Positions 48,777-58,045 are shown, counted from the first letter of the stretch. The stretch: DNA of 64,000 nt from Dehalococcoidia bacterium (GCA_040882355.1 JBBEBM010000056.1:1-64000), one strand, 5' to 3'. The notes: generated by a model from the letters alone, not told the origin. Translations and numbers: made by a program.

Positions 48777-49630
48777 GCGATCAGTCTGGTGCCACCTCGC
48801 ATGAATCACGCACTTCTGTGAAGAAGCGCGTCGTCGTCTTCGAGGCGCACGGGGACGACATGGAGTTCACCTGCGCCGGCACAATCGCCAAGTTCGCCGA
48901 CCGCGGCCACGAGATCACGCTCGTCGTCGCCACCGACAACGACAAGGGCTCGTTCGAGCTCACCGCTGACCAGCTCCGCGCCGCCCGCGACCGCGAGATC
49001 CACGGCGCGGCCCGCGTGCTCGGCATCGGCCGGGTGATCTGCCTCGGCTACTCGGACGGCGAGCTGCGCGAGCAAGCGCCGTCGAACGTGCTGCGCGCGC
49101 AGTTCATGCGCATCATCCGCGAGGTGAAGTCGGACATCGTCTTCACCTGGGACCCCTTCACGCCCTACGAAGGCCACCCGGACCATCGCGCCGTCGCGAC
49201 CGCCGCGAGCGAGGCGGCTTCGTTCGCGCACTTCCCCCTCTACGAACCGGCGCAGATCGCCGAGGGCCTGGAGCCGCACTACGTCGGTGAGCAGTGGTTC
49301 TTCGCGAAGTCGCCGCGCGACCGCAACAAGTTCGTCGACATCACGGACTACATCGACAAGAAGATCGAGGCGCTCCTCTTGCACGAGAGCCAGATGGCGC
49401 TCACCGTGCAGGACCTCCAGCTCGCCGTGCGCGCCTCCGGCCTCGACATCCCGTTCCTCAGCGACCGCGGCCCGCACGACTATCGAGAAGTGATCGAGCG
49501 CCAGATCCGCGGCGTCGCGCGCGCCGTCGGCCGCGAGTGCGGCTTCGAGTACGCGGAGGGCTTCCGGCGCACCCGCTTCGGGGGCGTCGAACGCTTCGCC
49601 CAGGGCCAGGAGCTGCCTGAGGACGTCTAG
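48773..49630 (+). CDS. PIG-L/LmbE family deacetylase
   Basis: AHGDD, RxxE..AA..LG, HPDH, HESQ; an alternative GTG start at 48818 is possible. Confidence 0.9.
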   Translation: MSDQSGATSHESRTSVKKRVVVFEAHGDDMEFTCAGTIAKFADRGHEITLVVATDNDKGSFELTADQLRAARDREIHGAARVLGIGRVICLGYSDGELREQAPSNVLRAQFMRIIREVKSDIVFTWDPFTPYEGHPDHRAVATAASEAASFAHFPLYEPAQIAEGLEPHYVGEQWFFAKSPRDRNKFVDITDYIDKKIEALLLHESQMALTVQDLQLAVRASGLDIPFLSDRGPHDYREVIERQIRGVARAVGRECGFEYAEGFRRTRFGGVERFAQGQELPEDV

Positions 49631-49712
49631 CCTGGTACCGCGCCCCTTGGTGCGCGGCCGTGCTACACTCAACACCACTGCCCTCTCGGGGCGCAGCCTG
49701 TTTGGCCTGTTA

Positions 49713-51215
49713 ATGACCACGAGCGCCCTGACGAGAGCCGCCTCCATCCCGCGCGACGCCGCCGTCCGGCGGTTCATAGTCGCGGAGCTGCTCTTCCTGG
49801 TCGCCTTCCTTCTCTACGTCCGCTCCTTTGACGCTTGGTTCATCATCCTCGACTTCAACCACTTCGACGCGATCCGCAGCACGCCCGCCGGCACCTTCTT
49901 CCTCCGCATCTTCGACCCCAGCGACGGCGGCCAGACGGTCGTCGATACCGGGAACCTCTACCGGCCGGTCTACTACACGTCGATGTGGCTCGAGTACCAG
50001 CTCTTCGGCCGGAATCCCCTACCCTACTACATCACCAGCGCGGCGCTCCACGGCGCAAACACCGTCCTCGTCTGGTTCCTGGCGCGACGCGTGACCCGTT
50101 CCGAGCTGGCGGCGGGCTTCGCCGGCCTTATCTGGGCCCTTCAGCCCACCTTCGCCGACGCAGTCGCCTGGGTCTCCTCAATCACCGACTTGCTGTTGGT
50201 GCTCTTCACCGTCTCAGCCGTGCTCCTGTACGCGAACGCCCTTGAGGCGGAGGGCCGGCCGCGCTGGCGGCTCTACGCAGGCTCGCTCGCCTGCGCGATC
50301 CTGGCGCTCGGCGCGAAGGAGCCGGGCGTTGCCGTCGCGCCGCTCCTCCTGGGGTACCACGTGCTCCTCGGCGAGCCCGACATCATTCGCAAGCGACAGG
50401 TCCCATGGCTCGTCCTGCCCTTCTTCGCAATCATCGTTCTCTACTTCGTGCTCCGCTACGCGCTCGTCGGCAACCTGGCCTCGCAAGACGGGTCAACGCA
50501 ACTGAGCTTCGACCTGTTCCGGAACGTGCACCGACTATCGTCGATCGCCGTCGTGCCGTTCCTCGGCGAATCGCAGCGCCAATTCGTCCTTGGCCAGACT
50601 CAGGGCATCCTTGGCCTCGTGCTCATCGCGATTACGCTCGTCGCCTTCGTCTTCGGCTCGCGAGGCGAGCGCTTCGCCGTTTGGTGGTGGTTCGCCGGCC
50701 TTGGGCCGTTCCTGACGCTCGTGCCGCTGTTCCTCGTCGGGCGCTACTTCTACCTCGGCTTCATCGGGCTCGCCATACTGGCCGGATCGGGCATCGACAA
50801 GCTGGCACAGCTCAGCGCAGGCCGCGCGCCGCAAGTCGTCCGAGTCCTTGCGGGCGCAGCCCTGGCCACCGGGCTCATCGTTTGGCTGGGCTGGCTCAAC
50901 TTCGACCACCAGGACTCGCTGAACGGCAGAGGCGAGGAGGCGCAGGCCTTCGTCGAGCAGCTCCAGGCGGCCTACCCGTCGCTGCCGGCCGACGCCTTCC
51001 TCGTCGTCGCCGAGTACCCGGAAACGCTGGCATTCGGCGGTGAGGACGACGGCTTCATGATGCGCCACGCGGTCCGCCTCGTCTATCACCAGGACATCGA
51101 CGTGATGACCTGGCGTCAGTTCCTGGAGCGCACCTCGCGCGGGGAGATCCCGCCACGCGAAGAGCAATACTGGTTCCCGCCCCAGCCCGGCACGGCAGGC
51201 GCCCCCGCTCCATAA
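49713..51215 (+). CDS. Polytopic membrane glycosyltransferase (GT-C/PMT-like)
   Basis: LDF, YRP, LHGAN, AVAW.S, AKE, RYFY; many TM segments. Confidence 0.7.
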   Translation: MTTSALTRAASIPRDAAVRRFIVAELLFLVAFLLYVRSFDAWFIILDFNHFDAIRSTPAGTFFLRIFDPSDGGQTVVDTGNLYRPVYYTSMWLEYQLFGRNPLPYYITSAALHGANTVLVWFLARRVTRSELAAGFAGLIWALQPTFADAVAWVSSITDLLLVLFTVSAVLLYANALEAEGRPRWRLYAGSLACAILALGAKEPGVAVAPLLLGYHVLLGEPDIIRKRQVPWLVLPFFAIIVLYFVLRYALVGNLASQDGSTQLSFDLFRNVHRLSSIAVVPFLGESQRQFVLGQTQGILGLVLIAITLVAFVFGSRGERFAVWWWFAGLGPFLTLVPLFLVGRYFYLGFIGLAILAGSGIDKLAQLSAGRAPQVVRVLAGAALATGLIVWLGWLNFDHQDSLNGRGEEAQAFVEQLQAAYPSLPADAFLVVAEYPETLAFGGEDDGFMMRHAVRLVYHQDIDVMTWRQFLERTSRGEIPPREEQYWFPPQPGTAGAPAP

Positions 51216-51331
51216 CGCGCTCTCACTGCTCCGCGCCTCCCGGCGAACCGCTGGCACCTCAGGGCTTGTACGCCGCGTTGGGGGCCTGGATTGTAGCGCG
51301 AGCGCCGACGCGTCTGGAAAGGGGATTCGTG

Positions 51332-51407
51332 TGGTGCCGAGGGGCGGACTCGAACCGCCGACACCTACATTTTCAGTGTAGTGCTCTACCAGCTGAGCTA
51401 CCTCGGC
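51332..51407 (-). tRNA. tRNA-Phe(GAA)
   Basis: GCCGAGG/CCTCGGC acceptor stem, CTACA-CTGAAAA-TGTAG anticodon arm, CCA. Confidence 0.97.
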
Positions 51408-51486
51408 ATGCCACTTGCATTCTAGCGATGCCCTCTCAAGGCGGGCAAGACGCATCGACTTCTGGAAGGGTCTTGCGGCCCGGAGA

Positions 51487-52152
51487 CTACCACAGGAAGC
51501 TGAACAACCGAACCCCCGCTTGGAACGGGCGCGGCTCTCTCTCAAGTCGATGGACCCCGACGCGAAACCGGGCATCTGACGGGGCCACGAACGCCAGCTC
51601 CTCGAATCCACATTCCGCGAACCATCCCCGGATCGTCAGCGGAAAGTCGCGCTCGGGCTCGCGGCCACGCGTCCAGATCACGACCGCCCCCGGCGCACTC
51701 AGGTGAGGGAGGAACTCGATGGTGCGCCGGACATCGCCGTCCGGGATGTTACCGAAGACGCCGCACGCCAGGATGATATCGGCGGGAACGGCGCCGGCGT
51801 AGCTGTCGGACACCCCGGCGTCCGCGCACACGACATCGATGCCGTCAAGGCCGGCGGCGCACACGCCCGCCCACGCGACGTCGACGTTGCCGGGATCGAG
51901 CTCCACCAGGCGCGCCTCGATCTCCACGCTGCGGGCGTGACCCGCTAGCGCGCCGACGACGTCGCGCGCCTGGCCCGCGCACATGCTGACCATCCGCAGC
52001 CGCCCAGCCTTTCCGTCGATAGCTAATCGAAGCTGCTCCTGCACGACTTCCAGCCGCCTCGCGAGATATGAAGACGGATCGTCATAGGCACGGTGCCAGT
52101 GCGTCCAGTCCGCCTTCTGCCGCGGCGTCTGTGGCTCCGCGTCGTGACCCAT
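51487..52152 (-). CDS. SAM-dependent methyltransferase-like protein
   Basis: DW..WH..YD, SMCAGQARD, VELDP, ADAG, CGVFGN, VIWTR. Confidence 0.8.
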   Translation of the reverse strand: MGHDAEPQTPRQKADWTHWHRAYDDPSSYLARRLEVVQEQLRLAIDGKAGRLRMVSMCAGQARDVVGALAGHARSVEIEARLVELDPGNVDVAWAGVCAAGLDGIDVVCADAGVSDSYAGAVPADIILACGVFGNIPDGDVRRTIEFLPHLSAPGAVVIWTRGREPERDFPLTIRGWFAECGFEELAFVAPSDARFRVGVHRLEREPRPFQAGVRLFSFLW

Positions 52153-52155
52153 CGG

Positions 52156-52965
52156 CTAGGCCTCCGCCATGCGCCGCTCCAGCAGCTTGAGCAGCGCGCC
52201 GCGCTCCTCCGGGATGTTGTCGGCCAGCCGCGCCGCCGCGACGGGCACCTCCCAGCGATCGACCGCGGCCATCTCGACGGGCCTGCTGCGCCGGTAGGCG
52301 CGCAGGAAGAGGACGCGCATGATGCCGCGGCCGAAGAGCGCGCCGATCCGCAGCGTGAGCGGCGTCCCCGGCGGCAGGCTTCCCATCCTGCTCATCAGGT
52401 TCGTGCGCGCCACGTCCCCGTCCGGATCGCCGCGGGTGACGTTCGTCCAGTCGATGATCACCGGCCTCTCCGTCCCGATGACGTTGCCCGGGTGGAAGTC
52501 GCCGTGGCACAGCCGGTCCCCCTCCGGCAACGCCTCCAGTATCGACAGCGCGAACTGACCGACGCCCTCCGGCACCAGGCCCGATTGCGCGATGCGCCGC
52601 CGCAGGACGCCCTTCAGCGACGGCAGGTTGTCCGGCGCAACGACGCCATGCGTGGCCGCGTGCAGCTCGCCGGCCAGCGGCGCCAGGCGAAAGATCTCCA
52701 GCGGCCGCTTGCCGATGACCGTCAGGAAGTCCACACCTTCGACGCGCTCCATGATCAGGCCGGGGCGCCCCTGCACCGTCGTCACGCCCAAGACCGCGGG
52801 CACGCTCACGCCCGCCGCCCGCGCCGCCGCCATCGCCGGCCGCTCCCACTCAATCTGGGCCTCCGCCTGCGGGTTGCGCAGCAGGCGCAGCACAGCGCCG
52901 CCCTCCCATGCGTAGATCTCCGCCTCGCGCCCTGCGGCGATCTTGCGTAGGTCCTGGTCAGGCAA
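52156..52965 (-). CDS. APH/choline kinase family phosphotransferase
   Basis: GREAEIY, CHGDFHPGNV, IIDW. Confidence 0.88.
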   Translation of the reverse strand: MPDQDLRKIAAGREAEIYAWEGGAVLRLLRNPQAEAQIEWERPAMAAARAAGVSVPAVLGVTTVQGRPGLIMERVEGVDFLTVIGKRPLEIFRLAPLAGELHAATHGVVAPDNLPSLKGVLRRRIAQSGLVPEGVGQFALSILEALPEGDRLCHGDFHPGNVIGTERPVIIDWTNVTRGDPDGDVARTNLMSRMGSLPPGTPLTLRIGALFGRGIMRVLFLRAYRRSRPVEMAAVDRWEVPVAAARLADNIPEERGALLKLLERRMAEA

Positions 52966-52990
52966 CGCCTCTCCTCGCGAGCGACAAGAC

Positions 52991-53017
52991 AGGGGCGGGT
53001 CTGAGACCCGCCCCTAC
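52991..53017. repeat. GTAG-type REP palindrome (second copy)
   Basis: aggggcgggtct-g-agacccgcccctac; compensatory A-T to G-C change relative to 20543. Confidence 0.75.
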
Positions 53018-53046
53018 ACTATAGGGCAACGTCTGGCGCCCGCCGC

Positions 53047-55989
53047 CTACCGGTCTCGCTCGCCGGCTCGTCCCGCCAGCGCGGCGTGCGCCGCCGCCAG
53101 GCGCGCGATCGGCACCCGGTATGGCGAGCAGCTCACGTAGTCCAGCCCCGTTTCGTGGAAGAAGGTAACGGAGCGGGGCTCGCCGCCGTGCTCGCCGCAG
53201 ATGCCCAGCTTCAGATCGGGGCGCGTTTCCCGGCCCGCCTTTACCGCCTGTTGGATCAGCGAGCCGACGCCCGCCTGGTCGATGGTTTCGAATGGGTTGT
53301 CGGCCAGCAAGCCCTGCTCCAGGTACTCGCCCAGAAAGCTCGCCTCCGCGTCGTCGCGGCTCAGCCCGAGCGTCGTCTGCGTCAGGTCGTTCGTGCCGAA
53401 GGAGAAGAACTGCGCGTCGCGCGCGATCTCGCCCGCCGTCAGTGCGGCGCGCGGCAGCTCGATCATCGTGCCGAAGAGGTAGGGCACCTCCACGCCCTCC
53501 TCCTTCATCGTCTCCTGCGCGACGCGCTCCAACAGCCCGCGCAGCCGCTTCAGCTCGCTCTCGAAGCCGACGAGCGGGATCATCACCTCCGGGTGGACGT
53601 CGATGCCCTCCCGCTTGACCTTGCAGGCGGCGCGGAAGATGGCGCGCACCTGCATCTCGTTCACCTCCGGGTAGAGGATGCCGAGCCGGCAGCCGCGCAG
53701 CCCCAGCATCGGGTTCGCCTCGCGGAGCGCTTCGACGCGGTGCAGCATCGCTTCCTTCCCCGACAGCTCGTCCGAGCCGGGCGACTCGTGACGCAGACGC
53801 AGCACCTCTTCGAGCAGCTCGTCGTGGTCCGGGAGGAACTCGTGCATCGGGGGGTCGATTAGGCGGATCGTGACCGGCCGCGCGCCCATCGCCCTGAAGA
53901 TCCCCTCGAAATCACCCTGCTGCATCGGGAGCAGGCGCTCCAGCGAGCCGTGGTAGTGGCCCTTCGGCCCTTCGAGCCGTCCCCGCAGCTCCGAGAGCCG
54001 ATCCTCGATCTGCCGCCGCTGGTTCCCGTTCACGCCCGAGAGCTCCCTCTCCACCGCGGCCACCTCGGCTTCCAGCGACTTCACCTCGCCCGCCGCGAGG
54101 ATCATCTCGCGGACGACGGGCAGCCGCTCCTTCTCCATGAACATGTGCTCCGTCCGGCAGAGGCCGATGCCCTCCGCGCCGAACTCGACCGCGCGGGCCG
54201 CGTCCCTGGGCGTGTCCGCGTTGGTGCGCACGCCCAGCCGGCGGATCCCGTCCGCCCAGGAGAGGAACTCCGTGAGCTGCGGGAAGAGCGCCGCCTCAAC
54301 CGACGGGATCAGCCCGAGCAGGACCCGCCCGCTCGTGCCGTCGATAGTGAGTGGCTGGCCCTCGCCGATGGTGATGCCGCTCACCGTCAGCGTTCGCGCG
54401 CCCTCGTCGACCGAGAGCGCCTCGGCGCCCGCGACACACGGGATGCCGAAGCCGCGCGCGACGAGCGCCGCGTGGCTCGACATCCCTCCGCGTTGCGTCA
54501 GCACGCCGCGCGACGCCTGCATGCCATGGATGTCGTCGGGCGACGTCTCTTGCCGCACCAGAATGATGTCGTTGCCGTCGTGGCCCAGCCGCGCGGCCGT
54601 GTCCGGGTCGAACACGGAAGTGCCGGCAGCCGCGCCCGGCGAAGCTGGCAGACCGTGCGCGAGCTCAACTACGCGGGCCTCGCTCAGTTGCGAGGCCCGC
54701 TCGTCATCGTTCATCTCCTGCCAGCGCGCCGCCGCGAGCGCTTCTACGCCGCCGTCGCGCAGGAGGACCATCTCGGCCTGTGCCTGCAGCGCCGGCGCTA
54801 CCTGCCCGGCTACGTCACCGAGCGGCACCGTCGTCACGCGCGGGTCGAGCTGCGGGTGCAGCAGGTCGTCCAGCCGCTGCGGCTCGACTCGGAGCACCGC
54901 TTCTTCCTTCGTGATAAGGCCTTCGCCAGCCATGTCGACGGCGGCGACGACCGCGGCCCGTGTCGTGCGCTTGCCGACGCGACACTGGAGCATGTAGAGC
55001 GTGCCCTTCTCGACGGTGAACTCGATGTCCATCACGTCGCGATAGTGCTGCTCCAGCTTCTCCGCGATGGCGCGGAGTTGGTCGTAGAGAACGGCGTCCT
55101 GGTCCCGCAGCGCCGCAATCGGCGTTGGCGTGCGCGTGCCCGCGACCACGTCCTCGCCCTGAGCGTTGGTCAGGTACTCGCCCCAGAGCGGCCCCTCGCC
55201 CGAGACCGGGTCGCGCGTGAACGCCACCCCCGAGCCGGAGTCATCGCCCATGTTGCCGAAGACCATCGTCTGGACGTTCACCGCCGTGCCCAGATCGTCC
55301 GGAATGTTCTCGATCCGCCGGTACGTGATCGCTCGCTCGTTGTTCCACGATCGGAAGACGGCCTCGATCGCCATCTCGAGCTGACGCATCGGCTCGTCTG
55401 GAAACGGCGAACCCGTCTCCTTGTTCACGAGGTCCCGGAAGCGTTCCGCCACGCCGCGCAGTGCGTCGGCGGGCATCTCCGCGTCCGTCGCCACGCCGGC
55501 CCGCTCTTTCGCCTGCTCGAAGATCGCGTCGAACTTCCGCCGTTCGATCTCGAGCACGACGTCGCCGAACATCATGATGAAGCGGCGCCAGGAATCGTGG
55601 CCGAAGCGCGCGTCGCCCGTGGCGGCGATCAGCCCCTGCAGCGTCGAGTCGTTCAGGCCGAGATCGAGGATCGTGTCCATCATCCCGGGCATCGAGAACT
55701 TCGCGCCCGACCGCACCGACACCAGCAACGGGAGCTCCGGGTCGCCGAAGCGCTTGCCGGTCGCCTCCTCCACCTGGCTGAGCGCCGCCCGAGCCTGCTC
55801 CATCGTCCCGTCCGGCAGCACGTTCCCGCCCCGAAGGTAGTCGATACACGCTTCGGTGCTGATGGTGAAGCCGGGCGGCACCGGCAGGCCCAGGTTCGTC
55901 ATCTCCGCCAGGTTGGCGCCCTTCCCGCCGAGCAACTCCTTCTGGTCCCTGTTCCCTTCCCGGAAGAGGTAGACGTATTTCTTGCTCAT
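53047..55989 (-). CDS. ppdK: Pyruvate, phosphate dikinase
   Basis: LLGGKGANLAEM, SMPGMMDT, GGMSSHAA (phospho-His), GIGLCRTEHMF, FSFGTNDLTQ, GICGEHGG; TGATATAAT promoter at 56065-56073. Confidence 0.97.
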   Translation of the reverse strand: MSKKYVYLFREGNRDQKELLGGKGANLAEMTNLGLPVPPGFTISTEACIDYLRGGNVLPDGTMEQARAALSQVEEATGKRFGDPELPLLVSVRSGAKFSMPGMMDTILDLGLNDSTLQGLIAATGDARFGHDSWRRFIMMFGDVVLEIERRKFDAIFEQAKERAGVATDAEMPADALRGVAERFRDLVNKETGSPFPDEPMRQLEMAIEAVFRSWNNERAITYRRIENIPDDLGTAVNVQTMVFGNMGDDSGSGVAFTRDPVSGEGPLWGEYLTNAQGEDVVAGTRTPTPIAALRDQDAVLYDQLRAIAEKLEQHYRDVMDIEFTVEKGTLYMLQCRVGKRTTRAAVVAAVDMAGEGLITKEEAVLRVEPQRLDDLLHPQLDPRVTTVPLGDVAGQVAPALQAQAEMVLLRDGGVEALAAARWQEMNDDERASQLSEARVVELAHGLPASPGAAAGTSVFDPDTAARLGHDGNDIILVRQETSPDDIHGMQASRGVLTQRGGMSSHAALVARGFGIPCVAGAEALSVDEGARTLTVSGITIGEGQPLTIDGTSGRVLLGLIPSVEAALFPQLTEFLSWADGIRRLGVRTNADTPRDAARAVEFGAEGIGLCRTEHMFMEKERLPVVREMILAAGEVKSLEAEVAAVERELSGVNGNQRRQIEDRLSELRGRLEGPKGHYHGSLERLLPMQQGDFEGIFRAMGARPVTIRLIDPPMHEFLPDHDELLEEVLRLRHESPGSDELSGKEAMLHRVEALREANPMLGLRGCRLGILYPEVNEMQVRAIFRAACKVKREGIDVHPEVMIPLVGFESELKRLRGLLERVAQETMKEEGVEVPYLFGTMIELPRAALTAGEIARDAQFFSFGTNDLTQTTLGLSRDDAEASFLGEYLEQGLLADNPFETIDQAGVGSLIQQAVKAGRETRPDLKLGICGEHGGEPRSVTFFHETGLDYVSCSPYRVPIARLAAAHAALAGRAGERDR

Positions 55990-56106
55990 TTGCGATTCCT
56001 CCAGCCGCACATTCCAACACAGCGCGCGGCTGCTTCGTTACGGGAGTCCGCGTGAGACGGAGACATTATATCAGCCTGCCCGCAGGGGCCCGTATCAGCA
56101 GACGGC

Positions 56107-56229
56107 CTACCCCTCCTTGCCGCAGACCTTACACCACGTCCGGTCGCGCCACTTCGTCCAGCGGTGCAGGCCGTGCTGGCCGATGTGCAGATTCGCCAGG
56201 TCCTTGAAGAACTTCGCGATGGCGCCCAT
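56107..56229 (-). CDS. Putative 40-aa Zn-binding mini-protein (…QHGLHRW…CKVCGK)
   Basis: Starts 10 nt after the LLM stop; HxxH and CxxC; high GC3. Confidence 0.55.
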   Translation of the reverse strand: MGAIAKFFKDLANLHIGQHGLHRWTKWRDRTWCKVCGKEG

Positions 56230-56239
56230 GGCGAGCCCC

Positions 56240-57190
56240 TTAGGCGAATGCGGACACGATCTCGTCTGAGATGCGGCGGTAGAGGTCGAGCTTGTAGGGC
56301 GCCCGGCTCATCATGATGATGTAGCTCACCCCCGCCTCCGCGTAGCGCTCGATCACGCTCCGTACCTGAGCCGCGTTGCCGATCGCCAGCGTCTCGCCGG
56401 CGCGTTCGGGCGTCGTGCCCATGCCCGCGGCCATCGCGGCGCGCATCTGGGCCGCGCGCTCCTCATCGTCGATCAGCATCACCGGGCCGAAGATCGACTT
56501 CGTGATCTCGTTCGGGTCGCGGCCGGCGTCGGCGCAGTGCTTTTCGAGCACCTCGATCTTGTGTCTCGCGCCGTCCACCGAGCCGATCACGTTGATCGCG
56601 TCGCCGTAGCGCGCAGCCGTGCGCAGCGTCCGCTTCTCGCCCCCGCCACCGATGAAGATCGGCGGGTGCGGCCGCTGCACGCACTTCGGCGCGAACGGCG
56701 CCTGGTTGAGCTGGTAGTGCTTGCCCTGGAAGTCGACGGGCCCTTCGGCGTCAAAGAGCAGCCTTGTGAGCTGCACCGCTTCTTCCAGCCGGTCCTCGCG
56801 CTCCTTCACCGAAGGGAACGGGATCCCGAAGTAGCGATGCTCGGGCTCGTGCCAGGCCGCGCCCAGACCGAACTCCAGCCGCCCGTTCGAGATGTGGTCG
56901 ACGGTCGCCGCCATCTTCGCGAGCACGGAAGGGTGTCGATAGGTCACTCCCGTGACCAGGCAGCCGAGGCGCAGCCGTTCCGTCGCCTGGGCGCCCGCAG
57001 CGAGCGCCGTCCATCCTTCCAGGCACGCGCCGCCCGGATCGGCGCCGGGGTTCGGCGGCACGAAGTGATCGATCGTCCAGACGTTGTCGAACGCGGTCTC
57101 GCGGTCTAGGAACTGCCAGAACTCGACCAGGTGCGACCACTCGACGTTGTCCTGGCCGGTCTGGATGCCGAAGCGGACCTTGGGGGCCAT
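56240..57190 (-). CDS. LLM-class, probably F420-dependent oxidoreductase
   Basis: DHF, LEGWTALAA, YRHPSVLAKMAATVDHISNGR, GAAWHEPEH, PPIFIGGGGEK. Confidence 0.9.
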   Translation of the reverse strand: MAPKVRFGIQTGQDNVEWSHLVEFWQFLDRETAFDNVWTIDHFVPPNPGADPGGACLEGWTALAAGAQATERLRLGCLVTGVTYRHPSVLAKMAATVDHISNGRLEFGLGAAWHEPEHRYFGIPFPSVKEREDRLEEAVQLTRLLFDAEGPVDFQGKHYQLNQAPFAPKCVQRPHPPIFIGGGGEKRTLRTAARYGDAINVIGSVDGARHKIEVLEKHCADAGRDPNEITKSIFGPVMLIDDEERAAQMRAAMAAGMGTTPERAGETLAIGNAAQVRSVIERYAEAGVSYIIMMSRAPYKLDLYRRISDEIVSAFA

Positions 57191-57279
57191 GCGTCGCTCC
57201 TTCGCTGATGTTGCACTCTGGGCAGCGAAGGCTATTGTATCGCCGGAGTCGTGCCAGGGGAAGCGGGCGGACCACCCCG

Positions 57280-57324
57280 GCTGCCCGCCGGACTGGGATG
57301 GCGCGAGAGTGTCCGGCGGGCAGC
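57280..57324. other. Perfect 14-bp inverted repeat (stem-loop) downstream of the small SOS ORF
   Basis: gctgcccgccggac … gtccggcgggcagc. Confidence 0.8.
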
Positions 57325-57344
57325 GGTTAGACAGCGGGAGATGG

Positions 57345-57440
57345 TTAGGTTCGAGGCTCCAGGTCCTCCGTGTACCACTGGTGGAAGAGGTACGCGGTGG
57401 AGAGCACGAGGACGAGGGTGAGGGTCACTGCGAATGCCAT
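57345..57440 (-). CDS. 31-aa hydrophobic peptide (MAFAVTLTLVLVLSTAYLFHQWYTEDLEPRT)
   Basis: AGGAGG RBS 5 nt before ATG; own consensus promoter; one TM helix. Confidence 0.6.
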   Translation of the reverse strand: MAFAVTLTLVLVLSTAYLFHQWYTEDLEPRT

Positions 57441-57453
57441 GTCTGCCTCCTAC

Positions 57454-57510
57454 GAATGCATGTTCTCTCCGAACACACGTACTATAGAACAGACATGCGG
57501 ACGCTGTCAA
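57454..57510 (-). promoter_or_regulatory. Sigma70 promoter overlapped by three LexA (GAAC-N4-GTTC)-like boxes
   Basis: TTGACA-18-TATAGT on the minus strand; GAAT-gcat-GTTC 57454, GAAC-acac-GTAC 57471, GAAC-agac-ATGC 57487. Confidence 0.7.
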
Positions 57511-57547
57511 GGGGGTCGGGAAGGAATCTCGAGGAAGTTTGCCTGTC

Positions 57548-58045
57548 CTACGGCCGCCCGTGCAACTCCCGTTCGATGCGAAGCGCGTCCAGCGCCAGCA
57601 CCCGCACGTCCTCCGCCACGGCGATATCGAGGCCGCAGCTCGCCAGAGGCAGCGATTCGTTCCGCTCGAGCTGCTCCCCGCTCACCCAGACCAGCGCGTC
57701 TTCGGGCGAGGGCGGCCGCAGCGCGTCGCCGTCGAGCGAGCGGCAGAAGTAGATGAAGTCGATGTGTTGGTGGCGTCCGTCCGCCTCATCGATGTCTTCG
57801 ATGAGAATCGTGTAGGGCGCAGCGATCTGCTCCGGGTAGTCGAACGCGTGCCTCGGGGACAGCGGCAACGCCTCCGTGTTCAGGCCAGTCTCCTCCTGCA
57901 CCTCGCGCAACGCGCCCGCCAGGGGGTCCTCGCCGGGCAGCAGATGGCCACCGGGCGGCATCCACTGCTGCAGCTTCCTGTGCCAGTGCAGCAGCGTCTT
58001 CCCCTCATGCACAACGAACGCGGTAGCTGTGAAGTGACGTTCCAT
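57548..58045 (-). CDS. NUDIX hydrolase
   Basis: HFTATAFV, PPGGH…GE…ALREVQEETGL, HIDFIYF. Confidence 0.93.
   Translation of the reverse strand: MERHFTATAFVVHEGKTLLHWHRKLQQWMPPGGHLLPGEDPLAGALREVQEETGLNTEALPLSPRHAFDYPEQIAAPYTILIEDIDEADGRHQHIDFIYFCRSLDGDALRPPSPEDALVWVSGEQLERNESLPLASCGLDIAVAEDVRVLALDALRIERELHGRP

Noticed and set aside
53950..56055. Long antisense or alternate-frame ORFs (e.g. 53950-56055, 37051-39342, 24066-25919, 30826-32661, 8741-10489)
   Set aside because: Shadow ORFs opposite well-supported genes, expected with high GC3; Arg/Gly/Ala-rich with no motifs.
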